From Telmatocola sphagniphila (GTDB lineage: Bacteria > Planctomycetota > Planctomycetia > Gemmatales > Gemmataceae), in contig NZ_CP074694.1 in assembly GCF_018398935.1 (NCBI RefSeq), positions 810,001 through 842,000 of the forward strand: a stretch of 32,000 nucleotides of DNA, written 5' to 3'. Shown here in pieces: positions 8,301 through 16,352 of the stretch. Each line of letters starts with the position of its first letter. Positions within the stretch are counted from its first letter, which is position 1. The position numbers and the translations under genes are program-made. The notes under the pieces are model-generated. The model saw nothing but the letters and a program-made list of their open reading frames with translations, was not told the DNA's origin and made no database searches.

Positions 8301-8671
8301 TTCAGCAGCTGCGACCGGGCCAGATAGGAAGTGAGCTTGGCCAGTTCGACGTTTGCTTCCGGATGGTTGGCATTTTTTTTCAGAAAGGAATCGAATTCTG
8401 CACGGGCCTGGGACAGCAGCAGACTTCGTTTACCTTCATCGAGTTCCACACCCGCCAGTTCCATCATCGTGCGAGCGTATTCCAGCGACAGATCGTCGAG
8501 AATATCGGCCGGGGCGGAGGGCCGGATTTTTCGAATATATTCCAGAGCGAGATCGGGCAGGCCTTCGTTACGCAGACCGCGAATAAAGTCGATATAGGGA
8601 GGAGCTTCGGCCGCCACCGGGGCATTTTGAATCAAAAGCACTAAAAGCAAAATTCCTGACAACCTGCGCAT
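5384..8671 (-). CDS. Large secreted TPR-like helical-repeat protein
   Basis: Uninterrupted 3.3-kb ORF. A start at ATG 8671 gives a classical signal peptide, MRRLSGILLLVLLIQNAPVAA/EAPP. The track start at 8719 adds 16 non-signal residues. Helical-repeat/TPR-like sequence runs throughout, for example AKTYRQAKNYEKAKEYLEKLIG. Confidence 0.75.
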   Translation of the reverse strand: MRRLSGILLLVLLIQNAPVAAEAPPYIDFIRGLRNEGLPDLALEYIRKIRPSAPADILDDLSLEYARTMMELAGVELDEGKRSLLLSQARAEFDSFLKKNANHPEANVELAKLTSYLARSQLLKSRRSEDEVSKNTEAEKARPMFENAATRFQKSTKLLDEEIKKVRAEKKGTWQARIRLLQDAQAKSHLDEMINLYNISETYLRNDQKDLLAKANALKKARSGFSAIYESNEVVDRTGWIAAAWYYHISVLMNEPQVALKTYETLLKNRPDPLASDGVRLVRYFKIRDTFEGRDDGSKAAGDVLLNTLTMASSWLKDYGSFRNTPEGLGIRFIQGICYQNLADKENGIRRDKNNKVLSITPAANTNLQEALHIYKELTDLDNEYYDKSSRRKQEILLLLADSEGKAGEVQPSSINSFDKAVIQAQIQEARLLVFLRKQEDRSSPEGKKRVADEEKLRIGKAISYLERALQIVSPKDSTRDVFDARYFLTRCYLYGGQPMSAAVYGENLARNNLRLPKAASACSLAVQGYNRSAAEAIASGEAGKTLAEVDIERLKKLAQYMDVTWPDDTATDDARELWAYYTARDKKYTEAISIYQKIRPNYAGIYLARLQQGGSLFSLIREDVESSRLKAFVPGQIKKYSSYWNDTLTSLRNLPEPNPNLDSTEASHYFLARMQLCQLLMLEGKEYAEIQKIADAAQKLLATSASFTNKNAEKNELLYSIKAMHLNGIQGQIATLIQEGNQSKVSELIKAPLQEIQKEINERADPKNKEKLTALEAVPTFDRYTRGERDILIIALRAAIQENKLEDANGLLNTLEKSGGSVESRVANLRSLVGTVRTQFESLRKAGKAEEEKQLVEGFSKFLDQIASQPKLPTTMTLFLAQGYASIDLNAKSVELLENLLKSLPEPTGNDPSDTKTKTYRQIQYTLAKTYRQAKNYEKAKEYLEKLIGTGQAKGPFFSSIEARKERAYLYEDQGDFRNGVAYWTTMARMFGEPLPPPNPKNDSDARKRSLYFDLFFEAQRCSAKAYNSLDKNKSAKQIDDGFGKIAQRFYDMENKNPDLSTTLKDKMRDLMEENKILQDKYKALGGKLLETSN

Positions 8672-8775
8672 GGCCGGAAAACCCAATTTCGGAGAGATAA
8701 TGCTTGGTGAGGAGTGCATATTGCAATTCTGTACCGGGAGCTAGAGAGTTACAAGTGGCATTTCCAATTTTTCAA

Positions 8776-9675
8776 CTATCCCAGGAGGTTGGCGAGTGCA
8801 TTTTTCAACGAAGTGAACCGGAACGAGTAGCCATTTTCCGAAAGTCGCGCGGGATAGACTCTTTGGCTGCCCACGGCCACCTCCGTCACTTCTCCCAGGG
8901 CAATTCTCATCAGAAATTCAGGAACCGGAAACCAACTCGGCCGGTGCAGCTGATCCCCCAAAGCTTTGGAAAAACCCCAGTTGCGGATCGGTTCCGGAGC
9001 CGTGAGATTGAGCGGCCCCTGGATCTGGGAATTATTCAGAGCAAAAAGCAGGGCTTCGACCTGATCTTCGATGTGAATCCAACTCATCCACTGCTGGCCA
9101 TCGCTAAGTGGCCCGCCGAAGAAGAAACGAAATGGAGGGATCATTTGCTTAAGAGAACCCCCGGCAGGATCTAGTACTATTCCGGTCCGGATAGAGACGA
9201 CTCGCGCAGCGTTCTCTGCCTCACTGGCGGCTGCTTCCCAGGCTTGGCATAGCTGCGCCAGAAAATCGGTTCCGGGTGCACTCTTTTCGGTGAGTTCCTC
9301 ATCCCCGCGCGAGCCGTAATAGCCAATTGCCGAACCCGACAGGAAGATGCGGTTCGATCTCCGTTTCTCTCGTAAGCGATTCGCTAGAATCTGTGTCGAG
9401 AGAACCCGACTATCCCAAAGCTTTTGCTTGAATTTCTTCGACCAGCGATGGGCAAACACCGGTTCCCCGGCGAGATGGATCACCGCATCGCATTCGTCGA
9501 CCCGTTTCAGCCAGCTTTCGTCTGCCACAGCCGGGTCGCCGGTAATCGTCGTCCAACTTTCCGAGACCGGACCTTCGTGTCGCGAGAGCAGGAAGACTTC
9601 GTGGTTCGCTTCGACCAGCCGGGGTAGCAGCTTTCTACCGATCAGGCCGGTGCCGCCGGTTACAAAAATACGCAT
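8776..9675 (-). CDS. YfcH/SDR39U1-type (TIGR01777) epimerase-family atypical SDR
   Basis: 299 aa with an N-terminal Rossmann motif MRIFVTGGTGLIG. Overall length and the C-terminal DUF1731-like tail (..RVYPARLSENGYSFRFTSLKNALANLL) are typical of this family. Confidence 0.85.
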   Translation of the reverse strand: MRIFVTGGTGLIGRKLLPRLVEANHEVFLLSRHEGPVSESWTTITGDPAVADESWLKRVDECDAVIHLAGEPVFAHRWSKKFKQKLWDSRVLSTQILANRLREKRRSNRIFLSGSAIGYYGSRGDEELTEKSAPGTDFLAQLCQAWEAAASEAENAARVVSIRTGIVLDPAGGSLKQMIPPFRFFFGGPLSDGQQWMSWIHIEDQVEALLFALNNSQIQGPLNLTAPEPIRNWGFSKALGDQLHRPSWFPVPEFLMRIALGEVTEVAVGSQRVYPARLSENGYSFRFTSLKNALANLLG

Positions 9676-9711
9676 AAGGACTCAGGGAAAGGGTGTCTGA
9701 AGGGAACTGGC

Positions 9712-10143
9712 TTAATGACTGGAGCGATCTTTAACTTCATTTAAAATTTGCTTCATCAACCTTTCCAGATCGCGGATATAGTCCTTTCCACGATCGACTT
9801 TAGTCACGATTCGCTCGAACTCCCGCTTCAAGCGATGGGAGGTTTCCACCATCTGTTCTTTATATTTGTCTTCCATTTGGTGGCGGACTTCGGCAGTCAT
9901 TCGCAGCGTACCATCTCCGGTTTCCCGAATGATTTGCATTTTTCGACCCAATTGCCGAATCTTGGGCCAAGCTCTGATCCAGCTTTCCCGATCAACGACG
10001 CTATGCAATTCGTCCGCCAGGGCATCCATGCTGTTCAGAGAATCCTGAGCCAACGTATCCGCCGGCTCCTCGGTTAAGTTTGGGCTGTTGCAGGCCGTCA
10101 GAAATAAAAGCAGTATCGAGACGGGAAGGAGTTTTCGCATCAT
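9712..10143 (-). CDS. Small helical lipoprotein, function unknown
   Basis: A start at ATG 10143 gives MMRKLLPVSILLLFLTAC (lipobox LTAC), 5 nt after the stop of the upstream DinB-family gene. The rest is charged and helical with no recognisable family. The track start at 10188 would overlap the upstream gene by 40 nt. Confidence 0.6.
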   Translation of the reverse strand: MMRKLLPVSILLLFLTACNSPNLTEEPADTLAQDSLNSMDALADELHSVVDRESWIRAWPKIRQLGRKMQIIRETGDGTLRMTAEVRHQMEDKYKEQMVETSHRLKREFERIVTKVDRGKDYIRDLERLMKQILNEVKDRSSH

Positions 10144-10148
10144 ATTGC

Positions 10149-10661
10149 TCAGAAATTGATCACTTTGGGGAGATTCATCAACTTGCACCAGATGGACAAC
10201 TGGCCCAGGTGCAGGGCGTGATGGGAGAAGAGGAGGTTTTCCACGAAGTCGCGAACGGTCGGCAATTCTTTGTTGAAAAAGCGTGAAGGATTCGGCTTCT
10301 CCAGACGTTGCGGTGAAACTTCATTCAGGGCCGTCAGGATCATCTCCGAAATCTGGCTCAGTTGCGCCAGCATCTCCTTTTTACTGGGCAATTCTTTGGG
10401 CATATCGGCCAGATTCGAACCTGGGCCAAACCATTGGGTATACTCCTGGGGACAAAGTTTAGTACCGCCCAACAACGCCAGCGCCCCATCCCAGGCCATG
10501 CACAGATGACCGATTACCCAGATAGGCGGATTGATCGCCGGGGTCGGTTGGGTCCGGGTTTGCTCCTCCGGGATCTCCGCAAAGACCTTTTGAGTCAGGC
10601 CCATCATATATCGAAACAGCGTGGTATTGATTGGTGACGACATCCTGTTCCTCCCGGGCAC
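10149..10661 (-). CDS. DinB-family (YfiT-like four-helix-bundle, putative metal-dependent) protein
   Basis: 170 aa with a DinB-superfamily His-triad pattern (VIGHLCMAWD ... FSHHALHLGQLS). This is not the DinB DNA polymerase. Confidence 0.75.
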   Translation of the reverse strand: MPGRNRMSSPINTTLFRYMMGLTQKVFAEIPEEQTRTQPTPAINPPIWVIGHLCMAWDGALALLGGTKLCPQEYTQWFGPGSNLADMPKELPSKKEMLAQLSQISEMILTALNEVSPQRLEKPNPSRFFNKELPTVRDFVENLLFSHHALHLGQLSIWCKLMNLPKVINF

Positions 10662-10686
10662 TGTGCAAAAATCCCCTTTTTCAATA

Positions 10687-10718
10687 TCTCATTACCATAT
10701 ATTTATACGGAAATGAGA
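10687..10718. repeat. Inverted repeat TCTCATT-N18-AATGAGA in the ppdK / DinB-family divergent promoter region
   Basis: Perfect 7-bp arms at 10687..10693 and 10712..10718 flank an AT-rich 18-nt core (ACCATATATTTATACGGA). The repeat ends 32 nt upstream of the ppdK ATG. Confidence 0.4.
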
Positions 10719-10749
10719 CCTGTTCACTTTCGCAGAGGAAAAATTCGAA

Positions 10750-13404
10750 ATGTCGCAGAAGCACGTGTATTCTTTCGGCGGAAAAACAGCCGATGGTAAC
10801 GGCAAGCAGAAGGAACTACTGGGAGGCAAAGGGGCGAATCTCGCAGAAATGTGTTTGATTGGAATTCCGGTTCCTCCCGGTTTTACCATTACGACGGAAG
10901 TTTGCGCTGCCTACTACGAAGCGGGCAAGAAGATTCCGGAAGCCGCAGTCCCGGAAATTGACGCCGCCGTCACGAAAATGGAAGCAGTTTTCGGCGGCAA
11001 GAAATTTGGCGATCCGGCCGATCCTCTGTTGGTTTCGGTTCGCTCCGGGGCGGCTCTCTCCATGCCCGGGATGATGAACACCATTCTTAACCTGGGTCTC
11101 ACCGATACTTCCGTCGAGGGATTGGCCAAAAAGACCGGCAATCCCCGCTTCGCCTACGATAGCTTCCGACGACTGATCGACATGTTCGGTTCCACGGCCA
11201 TGGGCTGCGAGCATGAAGATTTCGAACACGAAATTCACAAGTTGAAGGAAGAAAAGAAGGTCAAACTCGATACCGATCTGTCGGCGGATGATCTCAAAGA
11301 ACTCGTCAAACGCTACAAGGCCGTTTACAAGAAGCACGTCGGCGAAGATTTCCCCAACGATCCCCGCAAGCAGTTGATGCTATCTATCAATGCCGTGTTC
11401 AATTCCTGGCACGGGCACAAGGCCGTGGAATATCGTCGCATCGAACGCATCACCGGCCTTAAAGGCACGGCGGTAAACGTTCAGGCGATGGTGTTCGGCA
11501 ACATGGGCGAATCTTCCGGTACCGGTGTAGCGTTTACCCGCGATCCGAATACCGGCGAAAACGTCTTCTACGGCGATTACCTGATCAACGCCCAGGGCGA
11601 AGACGTCGTGGCCGGGATTCGAACCCCCGAGCCAATCGCTAAACTCGAAGAGCAGATGCCCAAAGTCTATGCCCAGCTCGTCGAAATCCGCCAAACACTC
11701 GAAAAACACTTCAAGGATATGCAGGATATCGAGTTCACCGTTCAGGATGGTGTACTCTACATGCTGCAAACCCGTAACGGCAAGCGCACCGGCACGGCCG
11801 CTGTGAAGATCGCAGTCGATATGGTGAAGGAAAAGCTGATCGACGAAGCCACCGCCGTGAAGCGAGTGAACCCCGATTCGCTGAACCACCTGTTGCAACC
11901 GCAGCTCGATCCGAAATCGAAGATCAAGCCGGTGGCCCAGGGGATTGCCGCCAGCCCAGGTGGAGCTTCGGGCAAAATCGTTCTGTCGGCCGAAGCCGCC
12001 GTCGAGCACGCCGCCAAGCACCCCGGCGATCCGATCATGCTGGTGCGAAAAGAAACCAGCCCGGAAGACGTGGCCGGTATGCACCTGGCACGCGGCATTC
12101 TGACGAGCACGGGTGGTAAAGCCAGCCATGCGGCCGTGGTGGCTCGCGGTTGGGGCAAGCCTTGCGTCGTCGGCTGCGAAGCTGTCAAAATCGATGAAAA
12201 AGCGGGCGTGGTCGTGATCAGCGGCCAAACTCTGAAAGCAGGCGATTTCATTACGATCAACGGTACTACCGGAGATGTGATGATCGGTAAAGTGGAAACT
12301 ATCGCCCCCAGCATGACCGGCGACTTCTCCACCCTGATGACCTGGGCCGATAAATCCCGCAAGCTGAAGATTCGCACCAATGCCGACAGCCCGGCCGACG
12401 CTTTGAAGGCTCGCGAATTCGGCGCGGAAGGTATCGGCCTCTGCCGAACGGAACATATGTTCTTCGGAGAAGACCGCATCTCCGCCGTGCGCGAAATGAT
12501 TCTGTCCACGACCGAGGAAGGGCGGAAGAAGGCTCTTGCGAAGATCGAACCGTATCAGAAGGCGGACTTCGTAGGGATCTTCGAAGCGATGGACGGTTTC
12601 CCCGTCACCATCCGCCTGCTCGATCCCCCGCTACACGAGTTCCTGCCACAAAAGGACAACAAGGCCGGTGCGGAAGCCGTGGCCAAGCAGATCGGTGTGA
12701 CTGTCGAAAAGATTTTCGAACGCGTTGAAGAACTCCACGAAATGAATCCGATGATGGGTTTCCGCGGCTGCCGATTGCCGCTGGTGTTCCCAGAAATTGG
12801 CGACATGCAGGTTCGAGCCATCATCGAAGCCGCCATCGAAGTCAAGAAGAAGGGTAAGAGCGTCCTTCCGGAAATCATGATTCCGCTGGTCGGCATCGTC
12901 GAAGAACTGATTATCCTCAAGAAGCGAGCCATCGCAGTGGCCGAGGAAGCCATGGCGAAACATGGCGTGAAGGTCGAATACCAGATCGGCACCATGATCG
13001 AACTGCCACGCGCAGCTCTGACGGCCGACAAGATCGCCGAGGAAGCCGAATTCTTCAGCTTCGGAACTAACGACTTGACCCAGATGACCTTCGGTTTCAG
13101 CCGCGATGACATCAAAGGCTTCATGCCGACCTATCTGGCTCACAAAATTCTGCCGGTCGACCCGTTCCAATCCATCGATGTCAACGGTGTAGGCCAGCTG
13201 ATTGAGATCGGGATTCAGAAGGGTCGTAAGAGCCGTACGGAGCACCACAAACAGCACTTGAAAGTGGGCATCTGCGGTGAACATGGCGGCGATCCGGATA
13301 GCGTTCACTTCTGCCACAAAGTGGGCATGGATTATGTGAGTTGCTCGCCGTTCCGGGTACCCATCGCTCGTCTGGCCGCGGCTCAGGCCGCTTTGGCCAA
13401 GTAA
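10750..13404 (+). CDS. ppdK: Pyruvate, phosphate dikinase
   Basis: 884 aa. ATP-grasp N-terminus (LLGGKGANLAEM), phospho-histidine swivel domain (TSTGGKASHAAVVARGWGKPCV), and C-terminal PEP/pyruvate barrel (GLCRTEHMFF, FFSFGTNDLTQ, GICGEHGGDP). Confidence 0.97.
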   Translation: MSQKHVYSFGGKTADGNGKQKELLGGKGANLAEMCLIGIPVPPGFTITTEVCAAYYEAGKKIPEAAVPEIDAAVTKMEAVFGGKKFGDPADPLLVSVRSGAALSMPGMMNTILNLGLTDTSVEGLAKKTGNPRFAYDSFRRLIDMFGSTAMGCEHEDFEHEIHKLKEEKKVKLDTDLSADDLKELVKRYKAVYKKHVGEDFPNDPRKQLMLSINAVFNSWHGHKAVEYRRIERITGLKGTAVNVQAMVFGNMGESSGTGVAFTRDPNTGENVFYGDYLINAQGEDVVAGIRTPEPIAKLEEQMPKVYAQLVEIRQTLEKHFKDMQDIEFTVQDGVLYMLQTRNGKRTGTAAVKIAVDMVKEKLIDEATAVKRVNPDSLNHLLQPQLDPKSKIKPVAQGIAASPGGASGKIVLSAEAAVEHAAKHPGDPIMLVRKETSPEDVAGMHLARGILTSTGGKASHAAVVARGWGKPCVVGCEAVKIDEKAGVVVISGQTLKAGDFITINGTTGDVMIGKVETIAPSMTGDFSTLMTWADKSRKLKIRTNADSPADALKAREFGAEGIGLCRTEHMFFGEDRISAVREMILSTTEEGRKKALAKIEPYQKADFVGIFEAMDGFPVTIRLLDPPLHEFLPQKDNKAGAEAVAKQIGVTVEKIFERVEELHEMNPMMGFRGCRLPLVFPEIGDMQVRAIIEAAIEVKKKGKSVLPEIMIPLVGIVEELIILKKRAIAVAEEAMAKHGVKVEYQIGTMIELPRAALTADKIAEEAEFFSFGTNDLTQMTFGFSRDDIKGFMPTYLAHKILPVDPFQSIDVNGVGQLIEIGIQKGRKSRTEHHKQHLKVGICGEHGGDPDSVHFCHKVGMDYVSCSPFRVPIARLAAAQAALAK

Positions 13405-13432
13405 GCAGCTCGGATTCAAAAAATAAAAAAAA

Positions 13433-13462
13433 CTCGGAGAATTCCTGTTCTCCGAGCTTTTT
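13433..13462. terminator. Bidirectional rho-independent terminator between convergent ppdK and serpin genes
   Basis: Stem CTCGGAGAA (13433..13441) pairs with TTCTCCGAG (13448..13456) around the loop TTCCTG. An A-run lies upstream (13418..13432) and CTTTTT downstream (13457..13462), so a U-tract follows the hairpin on either strand. Confidence 0.7.
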
Positions 13463-13480
13463 CGCATTAATGGGCCAGGC

Positions 13481-14671
13481 TTATTTCGGTTCGGTCAGTC
13501 GACCCAGGAACAAGATACTTCCCGACTTGTTATCGCGAATCATAAACAGGAAGGGATGATCGCAGCGAACGAAAATCGGCGGAGCAGTTGGTTTCATTGC
13601 TCGCAAGGCGACGATAGCGGCCGAGGCGGCTGCGGCTTCGGTTCCCTCCTCATTCACTTCGACGAAACTCTTGTGCACCACCTTGGTAAGGACCAGATTT
13701 TTCGTGCCGTCCATGCCACTGAGGTTGGATTTGGGTCCGAATGCATCGCTCATGCCCATTTTGGCAAGTGTCGATTCGAGATCGAATTGGCTCTCCAGTT
13801 TGAATTTGGGAAGTAAGACGTTCACATCTTTGGTCGGCTTCATCGAACCGATCCAGCCGGTCATCTTCGTACCGGTCAGATCCGCTTCAAGGGCGTTCAG
13901 ACCGTCCACTTTTTTCGGCAGGAGAATCACCATCGAGAGTTCGTCCTTGCTGTAAGGCAGGGCGACCATCTGAAAATCGTCGTTCTGGAAGTAAGAGTAT
14001 TCATTTTTAATCACCATCAGCTGGGTGGGAACTTTATGGTCCGCTGAAGTGGAAAAGTCGGCCTTCTGCGTCAGCTTGGGATCGAAGGTCTTCTTCCAGG
14101 CTCCCTTGAAATAAATGGCGTTGACCAGCACTAACTTGGTGAGAGAATCGACAGTCCCCGGGGCGAGCAGGTTTTGAATTTTGTTGTTGGTCTTAGACTC
14201 GACCCACTTGTTGATCTCCAGGCGCGATGCCTCGGTGTTACCGACAAAGTCGACTTCTTTCAGGCCGGCCTGGTAGTACTTCTGCGTGTCCTGCATAAAG
14301 GAAGCGAGCCAGGGATGCCCCTTCTGACCGAAGAGAGAATTCGCCACGCTCAACTGATACGCCTTGGGATCGGCAGAGTTCAACTTCTGTAAGAGTTCGG
14401 CAAAACCTTCATTGCTACCGGGTCGAAGATGCAGTACCTGCATCATCTGCTGGAGCGTTTCTTCACGAGCTCCGGTGCTGGTCATCGCCAGCGCGGTCGA
14501 GATGCTGAATGGCGAAAGAAAGAGATTGCCCTTCGAATCTTTAAGCTTCGCGTAAAGATCGAACGCAAATTGCGTGTTACTATCGACGACGGCCTTCGTT
14601 TCGGCGGCATCGCTTTGGGCACATCCTGCTGTGAGTCCGAAGATGGCCATGATGATGAGTGCTCTGTGCAT
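13481..14671 (-). CDS. Serpin-family serine protease inhibitor, predicted lipoprotein
   Basis: 396 aa with lipoprotein signal MHRALIIMAIFGLTAGC and an AGGAG RBS 9 nt upstream. Serpin core blocks include NAIYFKGAWKKTF. The hinge and reactive-centre loop read EEGTEAAAASAAIVALR/AM, and the C-terminal motif is DHPFLFMIRD. Confidence 0.9.
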   Translation of the reverse strand: MHRALIIMAIFGLTAGCAQSDAAETKAVVDSNTQFAFDLYAKLKDSKGNLFLSPFSISTALAMTSTGAREETLQQMMQVLHLRPGSNEGFAELLQKLNSADPKAYQLSVANSLFGQKGHPWLASFMQDTQKYYQAGLKEVDFVGNTEASRLEINKWVESKTNNKIQNLLAPGTVDSLTKLVLVNAIYFKGAWKKTFDPKLTQKADFSTSADHKVPTQLMVIKNEYSYFQNDDFQMVALPYSKDELSMVILLPKKVDGLNALEADLTGTKMTGWIGSMKPTKDVNVLLPKFKLESQFDLESTLAKMGMSDAFGPKSNLSGMDGTKNLVLTKVVHKSFVEVNEEGTEAAAASAAIVALRAMKPTAPPIFVRCDHPFLFMIRDNKSGSILFLGRLTEPK

Positions 14672-14930
14672 TGGGTGGCTCCTGTTAGGTTACACTGAAT
14701 CGACGGCTCACGCCAAATAATCGTTTTCAGGAAGTAAGTATTTTCTTAAGTAAATTCTCAGATCCGAACTCCCGATTGCACCCTGGTTTCCCATCTTCGC
14801 TTGGAGCTAAATCCCTTCAACTTCCCTAAGCGCCCATTCCCTGAACCTGTAATCAATTGCCCTTGCGGCTGGTACTCCGCACTGGTATGAGTTGATTTGG
14901 CTCTGCTTTTTCTTGAAAAACAGGATCTCC

Positions 14931-16250
14931 GTGGCGAAGGGTCTTCGAATCTCGGTAGTCTGGCTGTTCCTGGCAACAGTGGCGGGCTGTTCTGCGCCCG
15001 CGATGAGTTTGCAGTCCTATTCGAAGCAAGGGATCGATCCGCGGCGCGTCATGGATCCGGCGGCTCAGTCCGAGGCCGAGCAGCTTTGTAACTGGGTCGA
15101 GTTTTACTCGATGTGCGAGCAGTTGAAAGCTACCCGCAAACCGGAAGTGATGCCGCCGAAAAAGAGCGTGCTGGTCCTCTCCGGCGGCGGTACCTACGGG
15201 GCTTACACGGCCGGTGTGCTGGTCGGGTGGTCCGAGGCGGGCAATCGTCCTAACTTCGATGTCGTTACCGGCGTTTCGACCGGCGCTCTGATCGCGGCCA
15301 TGGTCTTCCTGGGCCCCGAAATGGATGGCGAATTGAAGCGGCTCTATACCACCGTTTCCAACAACGATATCTACATTCAGAAACTTCTGCCCCGCGGCAT
15401 CCTTTCGGAATCACTGGCCGACAATACGCCGCTCGAAAAGATGATCATGCAAGTGGTCACTCCCGATTACTTGACTAAGGTTGCGGCGGAGCATCGCAAG
15501 GGGCGTCGACTATACGTTGGCACTACTGAAATGGATAGCCGTCAGCCGATCATCTGGGATATGGGGGCGATCGCCTGCCAGGGTACTGCAGAATCCCGGG
15601 TTCTCTTCAGCAAACTGCTCTTGGCATCTGCTGCGATTCCAGGTTTCTTTCCGCCCGTGCGAATCCCGGTGGAAATCGATGGTCGCCGGAGCGAGGAATT
15701 GCACGTCGATGGCGGGGTAACGCAGGCGGTATTTGCCCGTCCACCCTGGATGCCGGCGAATCTTCGCAATGGGTCGCACCAGCTATTCGGCTCGGATCTC
15801 TATATCATCACGGCCGGGAAGCTTTATGCGGATCCTCAGTCGATCAAGTTGCGAGCTTTGAATATCGCGGCCACCAGCGTCAGTACGCTCATTTATTCCC
15901 AAACCCGCGATCAACTTTTCAAGCTCTACGCGGTGAGCGTTCTGACCGGTATGAATTATCGCTTGACCTCGATTCCCGAAGAATTCCCTGTACCGGAAGA
16001 TGCTACGACTTTCGACCCGATTACCATGTCGAAAATGTTCGACGAAGGCGTTCGGCAGATACGCATAGGCCAGGCTTGGCGAGATTCTCCTCCCGGCTTT
16101 GAAAAGGGAGAGGAAATTTCCGTTCGGGCCGGCGTGAAACTCTCTACGGATCAGTTCAACCCGCAGTCCGTGATGCAACCCGCCGCCAAAAGCGCGGTTA
16201 TTCCTAAGACTGAAAATGGCATTCCCATCGGTCCGATGAAAGGGAATTGA
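14931..16250 (+). CDS. Patatin-like phospholipase, predicted lipoprotein
   Basis: Oxyanion-hole motif SGGGTYGAY, nucleophile elbow GVSTG (GxSxG), and catalytic Asp in HVDGG. I placed the start at GTG 14931 because it gives the lipoprotein signal (M)AKGLRISVVWLFLATVAGC. The track start TTG 14892 is the alternative. Confidence 0.85.
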   Translation: MAKGLRISVVWLFLATVAGCSAPAMSLQSYSKQGIDPRRVMDPAAQSEAEQLCNWVEFYSMCEQLKATRKPEVMPPKKSVLVLSGGGTYGAYTAGVLVGWSEAGNRPNFDVVTGVSTGALIAAMVFLGPEMDGELKRLYTTVSNNDIYIQKLLPRGILSESLADNTPLEKMIMQVVTPDYLTKVAAEHRKGRRLYVGTTEMDSRQPIIWDMGAIACQGTAESRVLFSKLLLASAAIPGFFPPVRIPVEIDGRRSEELHVDGGVTQAVFARPPWMPANLRNGSHQLFGSDLYIITAGKLYADPQSIKLRALNIAATSVSTLIYSQTRDQLFKLYAVSVLTGMNYRLTSIPEEFPVPEDATTFDPITMSKMFDEGVRQIRIGQAWRDSPPGFEKGEEISVRAGVKLSTDQFNPQSVMQPAAKSAVIPKTENGIPIGPMKGN

Positions 16251-16352
16251 CCCGATTTTCTTAACACCTCATTTCGGATGAAAAATCTGCTTTCCGTCGA
16301 ACTCTTTTTCGTGTTATGATCCGGAGATTATCCGCTAACAGAGTACTCGACC

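Noticed and set aside
8672-8719. 16-codon N-terminal extension of the large TPR-like protein
   Set aside because: The internal ATG at 8671 yields a textbook signal peptide, and the extension would bury it. I retained it only as an alternative start.
11380-13467. Four long minus-strand ORFs (358, 250, 189 and 278 aa) inside ppdK
   Set aside because: They are antisense shadow frames of an unambiguous, full-length pyruvate phosphate dikinase gene. Their translations are Gly/Arg/Ser/Ala-rich with no recognisable domains.
16271-16280. The 10-mer ATTTCGGATG shared with the left arm of the 22360 hairpin
   Set aside because: Rough combinatorics suggest many chance 10-mer coincidences are expected in a two-strand 32-kb window. 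There is no extended similarity around the two copies.
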